Counted from the first letter of the stretch, positions 26,114 through 38,429 are shown. The stretch is 64,000 bases of DNA from Octopus vulgaris (GCA_951406725.2 OX597819.1:80042001-80106000); one strand, 5' to 3'. The notes: generated by a model from the sequence alone, not told the origin. Program-made: numbers and translations.

Positions 26114-26380
26114 AAGGCTGCAAGCTGGCAGAAACGTTAACACGCTAGGCGAGTGTGCTCTTTATTGAATTCTGGACTGGAAAAATACCACTTTTGCTCC
26201 ACGACAATGCACGGCCTCACACTGTCTTTACGTCCTGAGTTCAAATTCCGCTGAGGTTGACTTTGCCTTTCAGCTTTTCGGGGTCGATAAATTAAGTACC
26301 AGTTGCGTACTGAGTTCGATCTAATCGACTGGCCCCTCCCCAAAAATGTCGGGCCTTGTGCCTGGAGTAGCAAAGAATAC
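26114..26380 (+). mobile_element. SINE family A copy with a ~60-bp mariner-derived internal patch
   Basis: Family A head and body, interrupted at about 26160-26222 by sequence encoding KIPLLLHDNARPHT. Confidence 0.85.
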
Positions 26381-26428
26381 CTTGTTTTCATTCATTAAGT
26401 GAAGGTACGCAATACACACCGAATTTGT

Positions 26429-26458
<30 letters not shown>

Positions 26459-26459
<1 letters not shown>

Positions 26460-26935
26460 CCAGCAGTATCGCCCGGCGTTGCTCGGGTTTGTAAGGGAAA
26501 TAACTATATAAGCATTTTTAGAGAGCTACTTCCCTTATAGATGCCAATTCGGGCTTTCTTAGCCATTTCTGTTTTGGTGTCTTCAAGCCATGAAGTCGTT
26601 GTTCTAAAAGAACGCTGGTCTCCTTGACAACACATTACGACGTTGATTTCCTTACACTCCCTTCCCCACAGGTGCAGGTGTGAGCGTGGACGCCAACTCC
26701 GCCGCCATCGACACACGCAAAAATAGGCATTAAAATGGAATAAAAAATGATGTTAAATTATTTTTAAAATCATAGACTCATCGTAGACGCGCGCTAATAC
26801 CCAGACGGGCTCGATATGAATCACGACTATAAGAAACCCGAATTTGGTTAAACTGCACCGCAAAATGTGGGAGTAGTTAGGAATCTAAATCGAAGGGGAC
26901 AGACACTCACACAACTACAGTTTTATATATATAGA
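26459..26935 (-). mobile_element. Non-autonomous Helitron (second subfamily, shares 3' end with the 23862 copy)
   Basis: Shared ~60-bp terminus CAGTATCGCCCGGCGTTGCTCGGGTTTGTAAGGGAAATAACTATA; minus-strand 5' end TCTATATATATAAAA. Confidence 0.8.
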
Positions 26936-26937
26936 TA

Positions 26938-26994
<57 letters not shown>

Positions 26995-26998
<4 letters not shown>

Positions 26999-27160
26999 AG
27001 AGTTTACAAGACGAAGACAGGTGGTGTACAAAACAAACAGATGTATTAGGATAACGCTCAGGAATAGAAAAAGTCTTTTACGTTTCGAGCCTACGCTGTT
27101 CTACAGAAAGGGACACAGGAAACAAGGAGAGAAAAAAAATGTGTGTAGTGGCTAATAAAC
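26995..27160 (-). mobile_element. Penelope-like/hammerhead-bearing short repeat
   Basis: Contains minimal hammerhead motif followed by TTCCTGAGCG, as does the 34.2-kb copy; abuts (TA)n. Confidence 0.6.
27075..27110 (-). ncRNA. Minimal type-I hammerhead ribozyme motif (core A6 mutated)
   Basis: Minus: CTTT-CTGTAGA-AC-AGC-GTAG-GCT-C-GAAAC-GTA-AAAG; stem I CTTT/AAAG. Confidence 0.6.
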
Positions 27161-27593
27161 ACCATTTGAGGAGATAATCATTAAAAATGATTTTACCTGT
27201 CGCTAGCGCATAAAAAACCCCACCATATCGATAAAATTAATTTTTAACTATATAGTTATAAAAACATGATTATAAATAAAGGCGGTGGACGGCCAACGCT
27301 AACATGCTAGAAGTAGATGTCAAATATCTACAAGCCACTCTAAGTTTATTCTCTATTTTTATAACATAAGCCTGAATGCGAGGGTATGGACAAGAAGAAT
27401 TATGAGATTTTGGATAACTCTATATCGTAATATTTCGTGCTCTCTGATAATTGCCTCCCACTCTTCAGTAGAAGTACATCAACAATATATAAGCGAAAAA
27501 TACATGTTCATACCCATAAATTTCTGCGTACAGATACCAATATATACAGGAAATTCTCGCGTATACATTATATCTAAATGTCTAACTCAGCCA

Positions 27594-27675
27594 TGAGCTT
27601 ATTTCTTCAGGGTGGAGAGATAGGAATCTAACCAAATCTTAGATTCTTATCTTTCCACTCTGAAGTAGGAGCTTC
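27594..27675 (+). ncRNA. Pre-miRNA-like hairpin (candidate)
   Basis: 27605-27631 pairs with 27639-27665 over 27 bp (24 Watson-Crick + 3 G-U), 7-nt loop; the hairpin is certain, its function is not. Confidence 0.35.
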
Positions 27676-27699
27676 GATGTTTTAATTCGTAATTTAATA

Positions 27700-27897
27700 T
27701 CTTTTAATTTTATTTATTTACTTATTTATTTTTTTTTTGTTCTTTTCTTCCCTTTTACGATCCCTCTTGATCGAAAACCAACGCCACCCCCTTTTTTTGT
27801 TTCTTTTGTTTTTTGTTTTTTTCATCACCCAAAAGAAAAGCTCTACCTTGTAACTTGTCCCATCTGTGTGCAGCCCTGTGTGGCCAATAAAGAAACT
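27700..27897 (+). mobile_element. LINE 3'UTR fragment (T-rich, AATAAA; probably L1/Tx1-type) running into (TATC)n
   Basis: Near-identical to 58440-58632; AATAAA at 27886. Confidence 0.75.
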
Positions 27898-28061
27898 TAT
27901 CTATCTATGTAACTATCTATCTATCTATCTCTCTGTCTGTCTATCTATCTACCTACCTACATAGTCCCTACCTAACTACCTACCTACCTACCTACCTACC
28001 TACCTACTTACCTATCTATCTACCTACCTATCTACCTATCTATCTATCTATCTATCTATCC

Positions 28062-28098
<37 letters not shown>

Positions 28099-28143
28099 CC
28101 CACCTATCTATCCACATACCTACCTCTCTACCTATCTATCTAC

Positions 28144-28203
<60 letters not shown>
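27897..28203. repeat. (TATC)n/(TACC)n microsatellite
   Basis: Direct observation. Confidence 0.95.
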
Positions 28204-30244
28204 TATCGTATTTTCATCCAAGATGTAGATAAGCACCAACGTTCCCATATGGTAAGGCCGATAATCGTTGAAAGAGTCCTCTCTATATGAAACCCTTGAT
28301 AGCCTTGTTAACTCATAAATAAAGTCTGTGTGTGCGTGTATATATGTGTGTGTGCGCATGTGTGCATGTGTATCATTTTACACTTGCCCATTTTTAGTTT
28401 CCTCTTACGTGTTTTTGAGTTCAAATCTTGCCGCGACTGCTTTTTGGTCTCTCCTCCATTTGTGAATCCAAAAGTTATTCAGGAACTATCTCGGTTTTCC
28501 TGGAACTTTGGTTCCAAAACCTCTCCGAATTACTGCTTTTTCTGAATCAGGTGTGGTTACCTATATCAAAAAGCCTTCAAATTAAACTAATTATTAGATT
28601 TATTTTTTTTAAAAATAACTAAATGAAATACTGGTACCTGCACATTAGTATGAATGATACAAGTATATTAATGTTGTAATAAATAAGGTGCTGGTGTGTG
28701 TAATTTACCAGTAATTTAGCTTAGCGGTCACGGGAATTTGAAGTACCTGCACCTGGTCACCAATTTCCGGACAGTCTGTGTTGTACCTGTAATACAAATG
28801 TACTGGAGATGACATCAGTATGAGAATTGTTTTAGTTCTTCCATCATGGCCACACTGAAGTTATGTTGTATATGTTCACGCTTCATGGGATCGGTAGGGA
28901 AGCAGGGTTTCTTGCTATATATATTTATGTCTTGTATAGTGTCGCTATACAAGAATTTCCGAAGCGGCTTTCTGCACTCTTTCAAGACGATTATGTGGAA
29001 AGGATCCACCTACAATTTGACATCGCAGATTTCAGGATTTGTAAAAATATTAGCTATCAATAATTGAAACTCTCACTTGATGTAAAGAGTAAACTCCAAG
29101 TGACTCAAATCAACCACCCGGTTTGGATTTTTGGTTGATGCAAGTTCATTGCACTTAGTTTGCTAATACTCATGTGAAGATAAGTTCATGGGAAACGGTA
29201 AGATATGAGTATTGTCGTTTCTCGTAGAACCTCAATCTATATTGCTTTTGCGTCTGACCTACAATGAAACGATGACGTAAATAAAATTGTCCTGAATAGA
29301 ATATTTTGTGGTTAATATTGACATAATATTTACAAATATTATAAACTTTCACAAGACATGGCAATTTGTTCAATAGAATGGTAACAAATCACAGAAAATA
29401 ACAAATTCAAGGTATTATAGGCATTGATGTTGCTTAAGAAGTTTGCTTTGTAACCATGTAGTTTACAGCTCTGTCCATATATTGCTCAGTTATGTGAAAG
29501 AGACCGATAAACTAAGTACCAAAATTTAAAAGTGAGTACTGGGATCAGTTTGTTCGTCAAAACCCTTCAAGGTGGCACAGCATAATAGCAGTCCAATGAT
29601 TAAAAACAAAAACAAGATAAACAAAGTGTTAATAATATTTCAATAATTCATTAGAAAATATTGAAATTATAGCTAACTAAAACAGCCATTACCCCGCTAA
29701 AAATTACATTGTGCTATATTACTACTTAGTTGACTATATCTCCTACGACGGTTTGTTTATAAACATACCAGACCAAAGTATTATTAGATGATGGAAAAAG
29801 TGAGAGAAGGTAGAGTTTCATAACTTTATATGTGATTGCGAGGAACATAAACGAAGAGAAGCAATTTCATTGTATAACGATACTACCGTGAGACTGCCAG
29901 CACTTATAACCTCAACGCCCAAAAAAAAACATGGGCGGCTCCAAAATTTCGTAATGCAAGCGGCGCCCTGAAATATTAAAATCTATTGTGCTTAAGACAT
30001 AACACTATGTATGTGTTGGTAATTGCAGGGAAATAACGAGAAAGTTTCAATACCAATATTAAGACTAACATACAGTCCTCATTTACACTCAAATCTATGA
30101 GGTTTTAACTGCGTATGGAACGAGACAGTGTAATGCTTGACCTAGCTCTTAAAATGTCTGCCTGTCACATTCTGTCTGTCAATAAATTCCTTCAACCAGC
30201 TGTCATTCAATGCCATTCCCTCTGTTGCTCTCCATTGCTGTATA

Positions 30245-30266
30245 CATCTATCTATCTGTCTGTATG

Positions 30267-30323
<57 letters not shown>

Positions 30324-30358
30324 ATATCTATCTATCTATCTATCTATCTGTCTGTTTG

Positions 30359-30425
<67 letters not shown>
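30245..30425. repeat. (TATC)n then (TAA)n microsatellites
   Basis: Direct observation. Confidence 0.95.
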
Positions 30426-30426
<1 letters not shown>

Positions 30427-30459
30427 TGAAAGGAGATAAATTCTACCATATATGTAGAA

Positions 30460-31695
30460 TGAAATTATGTAAGAGCTTCTTGTTTTTTGGTTTTGGAGCA
30501 AGACAAATAAGTCTTGCAAACTGCTTACCCTGGAGCGACCAACAAATTTGACCATGAGAAAAGCAAGCCAGTAGATTTCAAAGACTGACCTTCAGCTTTA
30601 TTAATAGACATTGCAAAGCAAAGTTGCCCTGGAAATTGTGTTCGTTTGAACTCAAAGGGCATGTCTGTTGGTTTGATTAGAATTCTTGGAACGGATACTT
30701 CTTCCCCAGTGATGATGGTAGCTTCTGTTACATTAGGTGATAATGGGTTCACAATCAACCTTGTCCTATTGCATAGTTTAGGAGGATCTAAATTTCTTAG
30801 AAGCGTTATTGGGACTAATGCCTTCAGATAAAATTTATGTCGATGAATTCCAGGTGGCTTAAGAGAATTTAAGAACTCAGTCCTTGATGAAAATCAAGGA
30901 TTGAATCAACTGATTTGCACTTCTTAACGACTGTTGGAATCGTATTCATTAATTCATGGTTAATTCTTGCTACTGTCTCATTTTTTGGTGTAAGAATTGG
31001 TCTTAGTCTGGCAATACTCTACTCTTCAGTTCAGCTGCGGAATGCCCTATGATAGCAATATGAGCGAAACTAATATCACCATTCCCATCAAATGGTACTT
31101 TCCCATTTCCTAATAGGAAGAGTCAGGTTGAAAATTGTTTTGAACATTGGTCTCCATGTAATAAAAGTTTGCACTTTAGTATTGAAGGAGAATTTCAGTA
31201 TTTTTATTCCACAGGTGTGAAGACTTAATGCATGCTTTTATTTCATCAGATCTTGATCATCTCAGAATGACTGGTAATGTCTGTCTGAAGTCTCCTAGTA
31301 AAACTAATGTATCTCCTCCCATAGATTTATTGTTGCTTCTGATGTCCTGTACGGTCTTACCAAGAGCTTCCATTGCATGTCTATGTGGCATGGTGCACTC
31401 ATCCCAAATGATAAGGTGGTATTGGCACAACACTTATGCTGAACTTGAATCTTTGGTTATATTACAAATTAGACTGTCACTTGTGACCAAGTTTAGAGGT
31501 AATTTAAAAGCAGAATGAGCTGTTTGTCCTCCCGGGAGAATGGTGGCAGCAAAGCTAGACAATGGTATAGCAACGACAATTTCTTTAGTTGCCTTACATT
31601 GGAGAGAAGCAATATTACAAGTGTTTTACCTGTGTTACCAGGAGCATGAAGAAAGAAAATTCCTTTGCATTTTTCTGACGTTTGTCGAACACCGC
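30460..31695 (-). pseudogene. Helitron RepHel PIF1-type helicase remnant
   Basis: Minus-strand motifs FFLHAPGNTGKT (Walker A), WDECTM, LLGDFRQTLPV, PRI...PFEFKRTQFP..CFAMSINKAEGQSL, FSHGQ; many stops and frameshifts. Confidence 0.92.
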
Positions 31696-31698
31696 ACG

Positions 31699-31747
<49 letters not shown>

Positions 31748-32320
31748 ACACACACACAAACAGATACATATACATACAGTATCAAACATCAGATGAAATA
31801 GACGTGTGAGAGAGAGAGAGTGAGTGAAGGTGTATATTGTCATGTATACGTACATACATAAATAAATAAGCATACATCGTTCTTGTATGTATGTGTGTGT
31901 GTTAGAGAGAGAGAGAGAGAGAGAGAGAATGCCCCTTAGACATCCTCCTCTTTCTCTCACTCTCTCTCTCTCTCTCTCTCTCTCTTACACACACATACAT
32001 ACGAAAAAGATGTATTCATATGTATTTATGTATGTACGAATACATGACAACACACCCCATTCACTCATCCCACTCGCACAGACACACACACCATACATAA
32101 ATGTATAGAAACATACACGCAAAAAACACTTGTGCGAGTGTGACTGACTACATATACATAGAGCTGAACACGGCGTGAAACAGAAACAAAATAAAAAAAG
32201 ATTTACGTAAATTAACGAAGTGTGAGAGTTCCAGCAAAATAATGCCCATATTTTTGGGGTACTGCATGTTGAATTGCAAGATTTTAACGTGATATTTGTG
32301 TAATAAAGAAATCAGACCTG

Positions 32321-32374
<54 letters not shown>

Positions 32375-32379
32375 GTGTG

Positions 32380-32420
<41 letters not shown>

Positions 32421-33754
32421 ACATTGCAAACAATGAATGAGAAGAACATGGAATGAAAAAAATCGTACTAATAAATGCTCGTTGAAAACTATCTTGTACC
32501 GAATACATAAATTTGTGAATTTAGTAAATATTTCTTTCAGTAATTTATCATAGTTGTTTACAAATAGGGAATAAAAACTTGAAATGAAACCATCAAAATT
32601 AGACAGGGACAGACTTCACCGTTTTTATATCAATACCCGAAGTTGACATTGAGAAACCTTTCTAAAGAAAGTGAATCTAATCTAGTATTATTCCAAGGTA
32701 GAAAATTTTATTTTAAATATTTCATTTTTCTGAAAGTTATTATCATCAAAATTTTGTTCAGAAATCTGTAGTTATGTCGACAAATTTGACACTTTCCTTC
32801 TACGAGTGCAGAAGATAGTAAACAATGAAAATAACTTGGTAACGGAAATTGTGTTTCTTCATAAGACGGGCAGAAAGTAAATAAGAAATTTTAACGGAAA
32901 ATAAAGTATTGTACGGGTTGAAGCGAAATTTATCAGTCAGTGAACCAAAGAGCCAGTATCAAAGGAACCAGAAAGAAACCGTCAACAACAGAAAAACACA
33001 AGACCGTATAGATTGAACTGAAATTTATGAAGATACTTCTGTCAGTAAATTATGAAATTGCTTACATCAGTAATTGTGAACTTCTTTCTGTCAATAATTT
33101 GTCGTTGTTTGTTTGTAAATAGCGATTCAAAACTTCGACTTACCAGGAAAACAATAACATGGAAGTTAAACAATGGCGTATGAAAATTGAAAGTGAAAAC
33201 AAGAGATATAGATAGAGAAATATGTTGCAGAGAGATAGAGATATATAGAGATAGATAGAGCGAGATGGATAGAGAAATAAACATAAAGAAATATGTCACT
33301 GACGCTTGAAAACCGGAAGTAAATATTTTCAAATTTTTCAAAGACGTGAATGTAATATATAAAGCAATATTTTTTATTTTTAATAATTTTTAATAAAAAA
33401 AAATCAAATAACGACCCTATTATAAGTCCGAGGTCAAATTATTCATGCATCTCTATTTGTGTCTTTCCTGAAAGTGTTGCTCTGCAACAATTTAAACGGA
33501 GCATTTATGACAAGCTCTCTGACCTCACAAGGAGTGCAAAGGTTATGAGTAATTAAACTTCCTCCGAATACAAAATGCAAACAAAAGATGTATTGATAGC
33601 CAGGCATTTTTACCCGGTAGGTAAGCACGAAAGTTCACAAACAACATGCGTGTGTGGAGATATGAGTGTAAGTTCTTGTGTTAGTGACAGATTTATATTA
33701 CAGTGAATTGCAATCCGGCAAAAAATTAAATTAAAGTGTCATATTGTCTTAATG

Positions 33755-33950
33755 CCTTATTAACTAACACACTCACTGGTTCAATTTCCTCTCATTTATT
33801 ATTTATATTTATTCTTCCAAAATGTTCGTTGCTTCCGCAACCTTATCAATTGATATGTTAGATAATAAAATATTAAGAATATATGACTCTCTCCAGACAA
33901 CGAAATTTGCTTCAGCACACTAATTCCCATAAAGAAACTTGCTAACAAGA
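33755..33950. mobile_element. Repeat fragments in head-to-head arrangement (family also at 35835-35975) with a degenerate hammerhead-like motif
   Basis: CACTCACTGGTTCAATTTCC matches 35929-35950 on +; ATGACTCTCTCCAGACAAC matches 35893-35913 reverse-complemented; hairpin GTTGC-GGAA-GCAAC-GAAC on minus. Confidence 0.5.
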
Positions 33951-34099
33951 TACAACTCGGAGTTTCTGGTTTCTGTTCCTCGGTCAGGTGCAGAGTAAGA
34001 ATAAGAAACGCTTTTAGAACCATCTCGCTCTCTTTCCCTCTCTCTCCTTTGCGTTCTTGTTCCATTTTGTATTATATACATACATACATACATGCATAT

Positions 34100-34335
34100 A
34101 TATATATCCCCTTTTTTTCACCATGTGTAACTCCTAAACACCAGTCGTTTTTTTCTCTATCCCCGTGCCCGCTTTGGGGTCTTTCTTTCCTCTCTCTTCC
34201 TTCTTTATGTTTCCGACGAAGAGCTCCGCTCGAAACGTCATACCTCCCTGCTTCCATTTCCTGAGCGCCTATTAATAATAATACTGTAATTGTTCCATTG
34301 TTGTTGTTTTTTTGTTTCCCGTTTGGATTAAAATT
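34100..34335 (+). mobile_element. Penelope-like/hammerhead-bearing short repeat in (TA)n
   Basis: Hammerhead motif plus TTCCTGAGCG as at 27 kb; (TA)n on both sides. Confidence 0.6.
34209..34243 (+). ncRNA. Minimal type-I hammerhead ribozyme motif (U4->C)
   Basis: GTTT-CCGACGA-A-GAGC-TCC-GCTC-GAAAC-GTC-ATAC. Confidence 0.6.
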
Positions 34336-34403
34336 ATATATATATATATATATATATATGATATGATATATACATATATGATATAATATATACATATATC
34401 ATG

Positions 34404-34604
34404 TTATATGATATTTTATATGAACAATATAAAGTCTATTGACAATTTCTTTTGCGCTAGGACACTGGTAATAAATATATATATATATATATATATAAGT
34501 AATATTAGGGTAATAAGAATTATAGAAATTTTTATTACCAGTGGCCTAGCGCAAAAAAAAATTAGTCAAAAGACTATATATTATTCATATAAAATATCAT
34601 ATAA
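34404..34604. repeat. ~72-bp imperfect inverted repeat around a (TA)n-containing spacer
   Basis: 34404-34475 is the reverse complement of 34531-34604 with few mismatches. Confidence 0.9.
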
Positions 34605-34759
34605 TATCATATAGGTACACAATATTATATATATATATATATACCTATCTCTCTATTTATCTATCTATCATGCTAGCTCGTTAAATAACTTTCCCTGTGT
34701 TTTTCTTTCTATAGGTATATGAACTCCCCTATATGTGTATGGAGAATAGGAGAGGATTC

Positions 34760-35022
34760 TGCAAATTCTCCCTGAATGATCCACGTAGAGCCTTTGTTTA
34801 TAGTGATAAAATAGTTGTGATGTACATTAACACATTCACTCCATCAGATCGAGATTGCCTGTACAGGAGTACGACGAATCACACGTCAGATGTCAAAGTG
34901 ATCACAGAACAAAAGGAAATGAAGTGTTTTGCTCAAGAACACAACGTACTGCTCAGTCTGGGAATCGAAACTATCATATTTCAATCGCGAGTGCAACACC
35001 TCAACTACTAGGAGACCTGCCT
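34760..35022 (-). mobile_element. Old tRNA-derived SINE (CORE-like)
   Basis: Minus: AGTTTCGATTCC B-box, TTGTGTTCTTGAGCAAAACACTTCATTTC. Confidence 0.6.
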
Positions 35023-35055
35023 TCACTAACTACGTTGGTATGTGCGTACACACAC

Positions 35056-35245
35056 GTATGTATATATGTTTGTATGTTTGTATGTATGTATGCATGTATG
35101 TATGTATGCATGTATGTATGTATGTATGTATGTATGTATGTATGTATGTATGTATGTATGTATGCATGCATGCATGCATGCATGTATGTATGTATGTATG
35201 TATGTATGTATGTATGTATGTATGTATGTATGTATGTATGTATGC
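35056..35245. repeat. (TATG)n microsatellite
   Basis: Direct observation. Confidence 0.97.
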
Positions 35246-35972
35246 AAAAACGTAAGTATTCACATGCATGCGGGAGGTTCTATAATAAATATATGCAATA
35301 TATAATAAATACATGAATATTATACATTATTACTATGTACTTATATTTAAAATGTATTTTATTACTAGAGATATATTTCAAAAATCCAAATAACACATAA
35401 TAGAATTCAACTTCGCAGATGTATAGTATACACACGCACACACACACACACACACACACATACACACACAAACACACACAGAAGCACAAACACATATACA
35501 CACACACACATACACACAGACATTCTCAGTCATATATAATGTCCTTTTTCGTAGTATACTAATCTAATCTAAAAACATAAACACATTTACGCAAAATCTG
35601 ATTTATGATCCTTACATATTTGGAAACTACAGTCATTTTACAATTGTGGATATTGTTCAAAGACATTATCAATAGGTTTGAACTCAAGACGTTAGTGCTT
35701 TTAACCCAATGCTCTTTGAATGCAAACATTACACACACATATACATGCATACGCACATACACCCACGCACACAGACACACACATATATATGCTTATATCT
35801 ATAACTTATACGTATATATATATCTATATATTTCGTTTTTGGATTTGGTTTGCAAGATTCTTTATATAAGTTCGTGTGTTGAAGCATATTCTGTTGTATC
35901 TGGGGAGAGTCATTTTCTTTTTCTGCCTCACTCACCGGTAAAATTTCCACCTTTTTTCTTAATTTTATTTTA

Positions 35973-36020
<48 letters not shown>

Positions 36021-36501
36021 TATATATATATATATATATTTATACACACACACAAACACACACACATATATACATAACGGTCTTTACTGTAGCTAGACAA
36101 CGGCAGAGGGTTCCACAATTTATTGATGACCAACCACACAGATGATATGATTTGTTTATAGTGATTAGATGTTTATATTAAAATAAACTTACTCAAGAAC
36201 AAAGCTCACCTTCCGGTCTGGGAATCGTATTTCCTATCTTTCAATTATGAACGCAAAACTTTTACCACTAGGCCATGTAACTCCACGTTGTGTAGATATA
36301 TGTATGTATATGTGTGTACGTGTGTGAATGAGAGAGTGTGTGTGCGTGTGTGTGTATGTGAATGTATATGTATATTTATATTCACATATATATTGGGTGA
36401 TGTTACATAAACCCAAGAACACACAGCGACAGGTTTATAGCCATACTTATAATTCTCTAATCATAAATATTATCCATATACTGCTATATATTCCTATATA
36501 T

Positions 36502-36557
<56 letters not shown>

Positions 36558-36811
36558 TGTATTTGTAAATACATACGTACATACTTATTTATGCGCGCTT
36601 ATATTTATGTCTATATGTATGTATGTATATATGTATGTATGTATGTACGTATGTACTCAAGTGGATATCTACAACCTTCTTTCTATTTACTAAATGACTC
36701 GAATAAAACATGAGAGACTTGCATCTGCATTCATCATGAAAATGACTTAATTGTGCGTGTTTATATGTAGGCTCCTGGATATAGAAACGGCAACTGTCTA
36801 CTTTTCGTTTC

Positions 36812-37112
36812 TCATCATCATCATCATCATCATCATCGTCATCATTATCATCACCACCTTCTTCTTCTTCTTCTTCTTCTTCTTCTTCTTCTTCTTCTTC
36901 TTCTTCTTCTTCTTCTTCTTCTTCTTCTTCTTCTTCTTCTTCTTCTTCTTCTTCTTCTTCTTCTTCTTCTTCTTCTTCTACTTCTTCTTCTACTTCTTCT
37001 TGTCATTATTCTTTTATTTTTCTTACTGAAAATATTAGTCGCATTCCTTCCCCTATTATTAATATGACGATTATTAATATTTATATTAATATCATCATCA
37101 TCATCATCATCA

Positions 37113-37158
<46 letters not shown>

Positions 37159-37188
37159 CATTATTATTACTATTATTATTATTATTAT

Positions 37189-37257
<69 letters not shown>

Positions 37258-37269
37258 CATTATTATTAC

Positions 37270-37311
<42 letters not shown>

Positions 37312-37350
37312 CATTATTATCGCGTTGTTATTTTTGCTGCTGTTGTTGTT
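36812..37350. repeat. (CAT)n-(TTC)n and (CAT)n-(ATT/GTT)n trinucleotide tracts
   Basis: Direct observation. Confidence 0.95.
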
Positions 37351-37766
37351 TTTGTGGCAAGATTGTCTCGCGTCGACGTTTTTCTCATCGTGTGTTGTCA
37401 TCGTTGATGAGTTTAGTTTTTTTTTTCTTTTGTGTATGTGTGTGTCTATGTTTATGTTAGCTTGAGGTTTCTTGTTTGGTTTTTGCGTGTTTTTTGATTT
37501 TATATTTTTGCTTTCCTAGTTTAGGATTGTGTTGCATTCAATGAAATAATATATGGCTTTGATTAATGAAGGTTTGACAAGAACATTGGAAATTCTTTGT
37601 AATGACAGGTCTTAAGTATAATTAGCTTTAACACATTATATTTACGCGTGTATTGGTGTCTATGTATGTATGTGTATATACACATATGCATGTATCCACA
37701 CCTATTTATAATCCTTTGTATTTATACGAGTACATGTATATGTATAAATGCATATATCTCTTTCAC

Positions 37767-37826
<60 letters not shown>

Positions 37827-37976
37827 TATATGTATGTATGTATGTTTGTATGTATGCATGCATGCATGTATGTATAGTATGTTTGTATGTATATTCATTT
37901 ATCTAACCATTTTGTCAAGTTTTTCGAAGACGAAACATGTTCAAATGCTATCAATGATGTGAAGTAAATACATTCA

Positions 37977-38036
<60 letters not shown>

Positions 38037-38172
38037 AGTATGTATATATATGCTCACACAACATAGAATGTGTCGTTAACTAACTAAAGAAAACAAGTAA
38101 TGAAAATGAATATATATATATATATATTTATATGTATATATGTATATATGTAGGTGGATATAGAGATATACT

Positions 38173-38213
<41 letters not shown>

Positions 38214-38429
38214 CGTACATACATGCATATGCATACATATTTACGTATATAATTACGATATTAACTTCTTAAAAAGATCGGAGATAATTGAGTTTGTAGT
38301 GATGATATTTTTCCTTTTTTTTTTTTTCGTGCTCTTCAAGATTTGGGGTTCAAATCCTGCAACTTGAAATTCGTTTTTATATATTATTATGAGGTTTTCC
38401 CCTTCAACCTACAGGCGTTTTGTCTCAAT

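Noticed and set aside
32580-32632. Possible 5' terminus of the Helitron helicase relic (ATATAAAAACGGTGAAGTCTGTC on minus)
   Set aside because: Lacks a clean 5'-TC and is separated by ~900 bp of microsatellite; linkage cannot be supported
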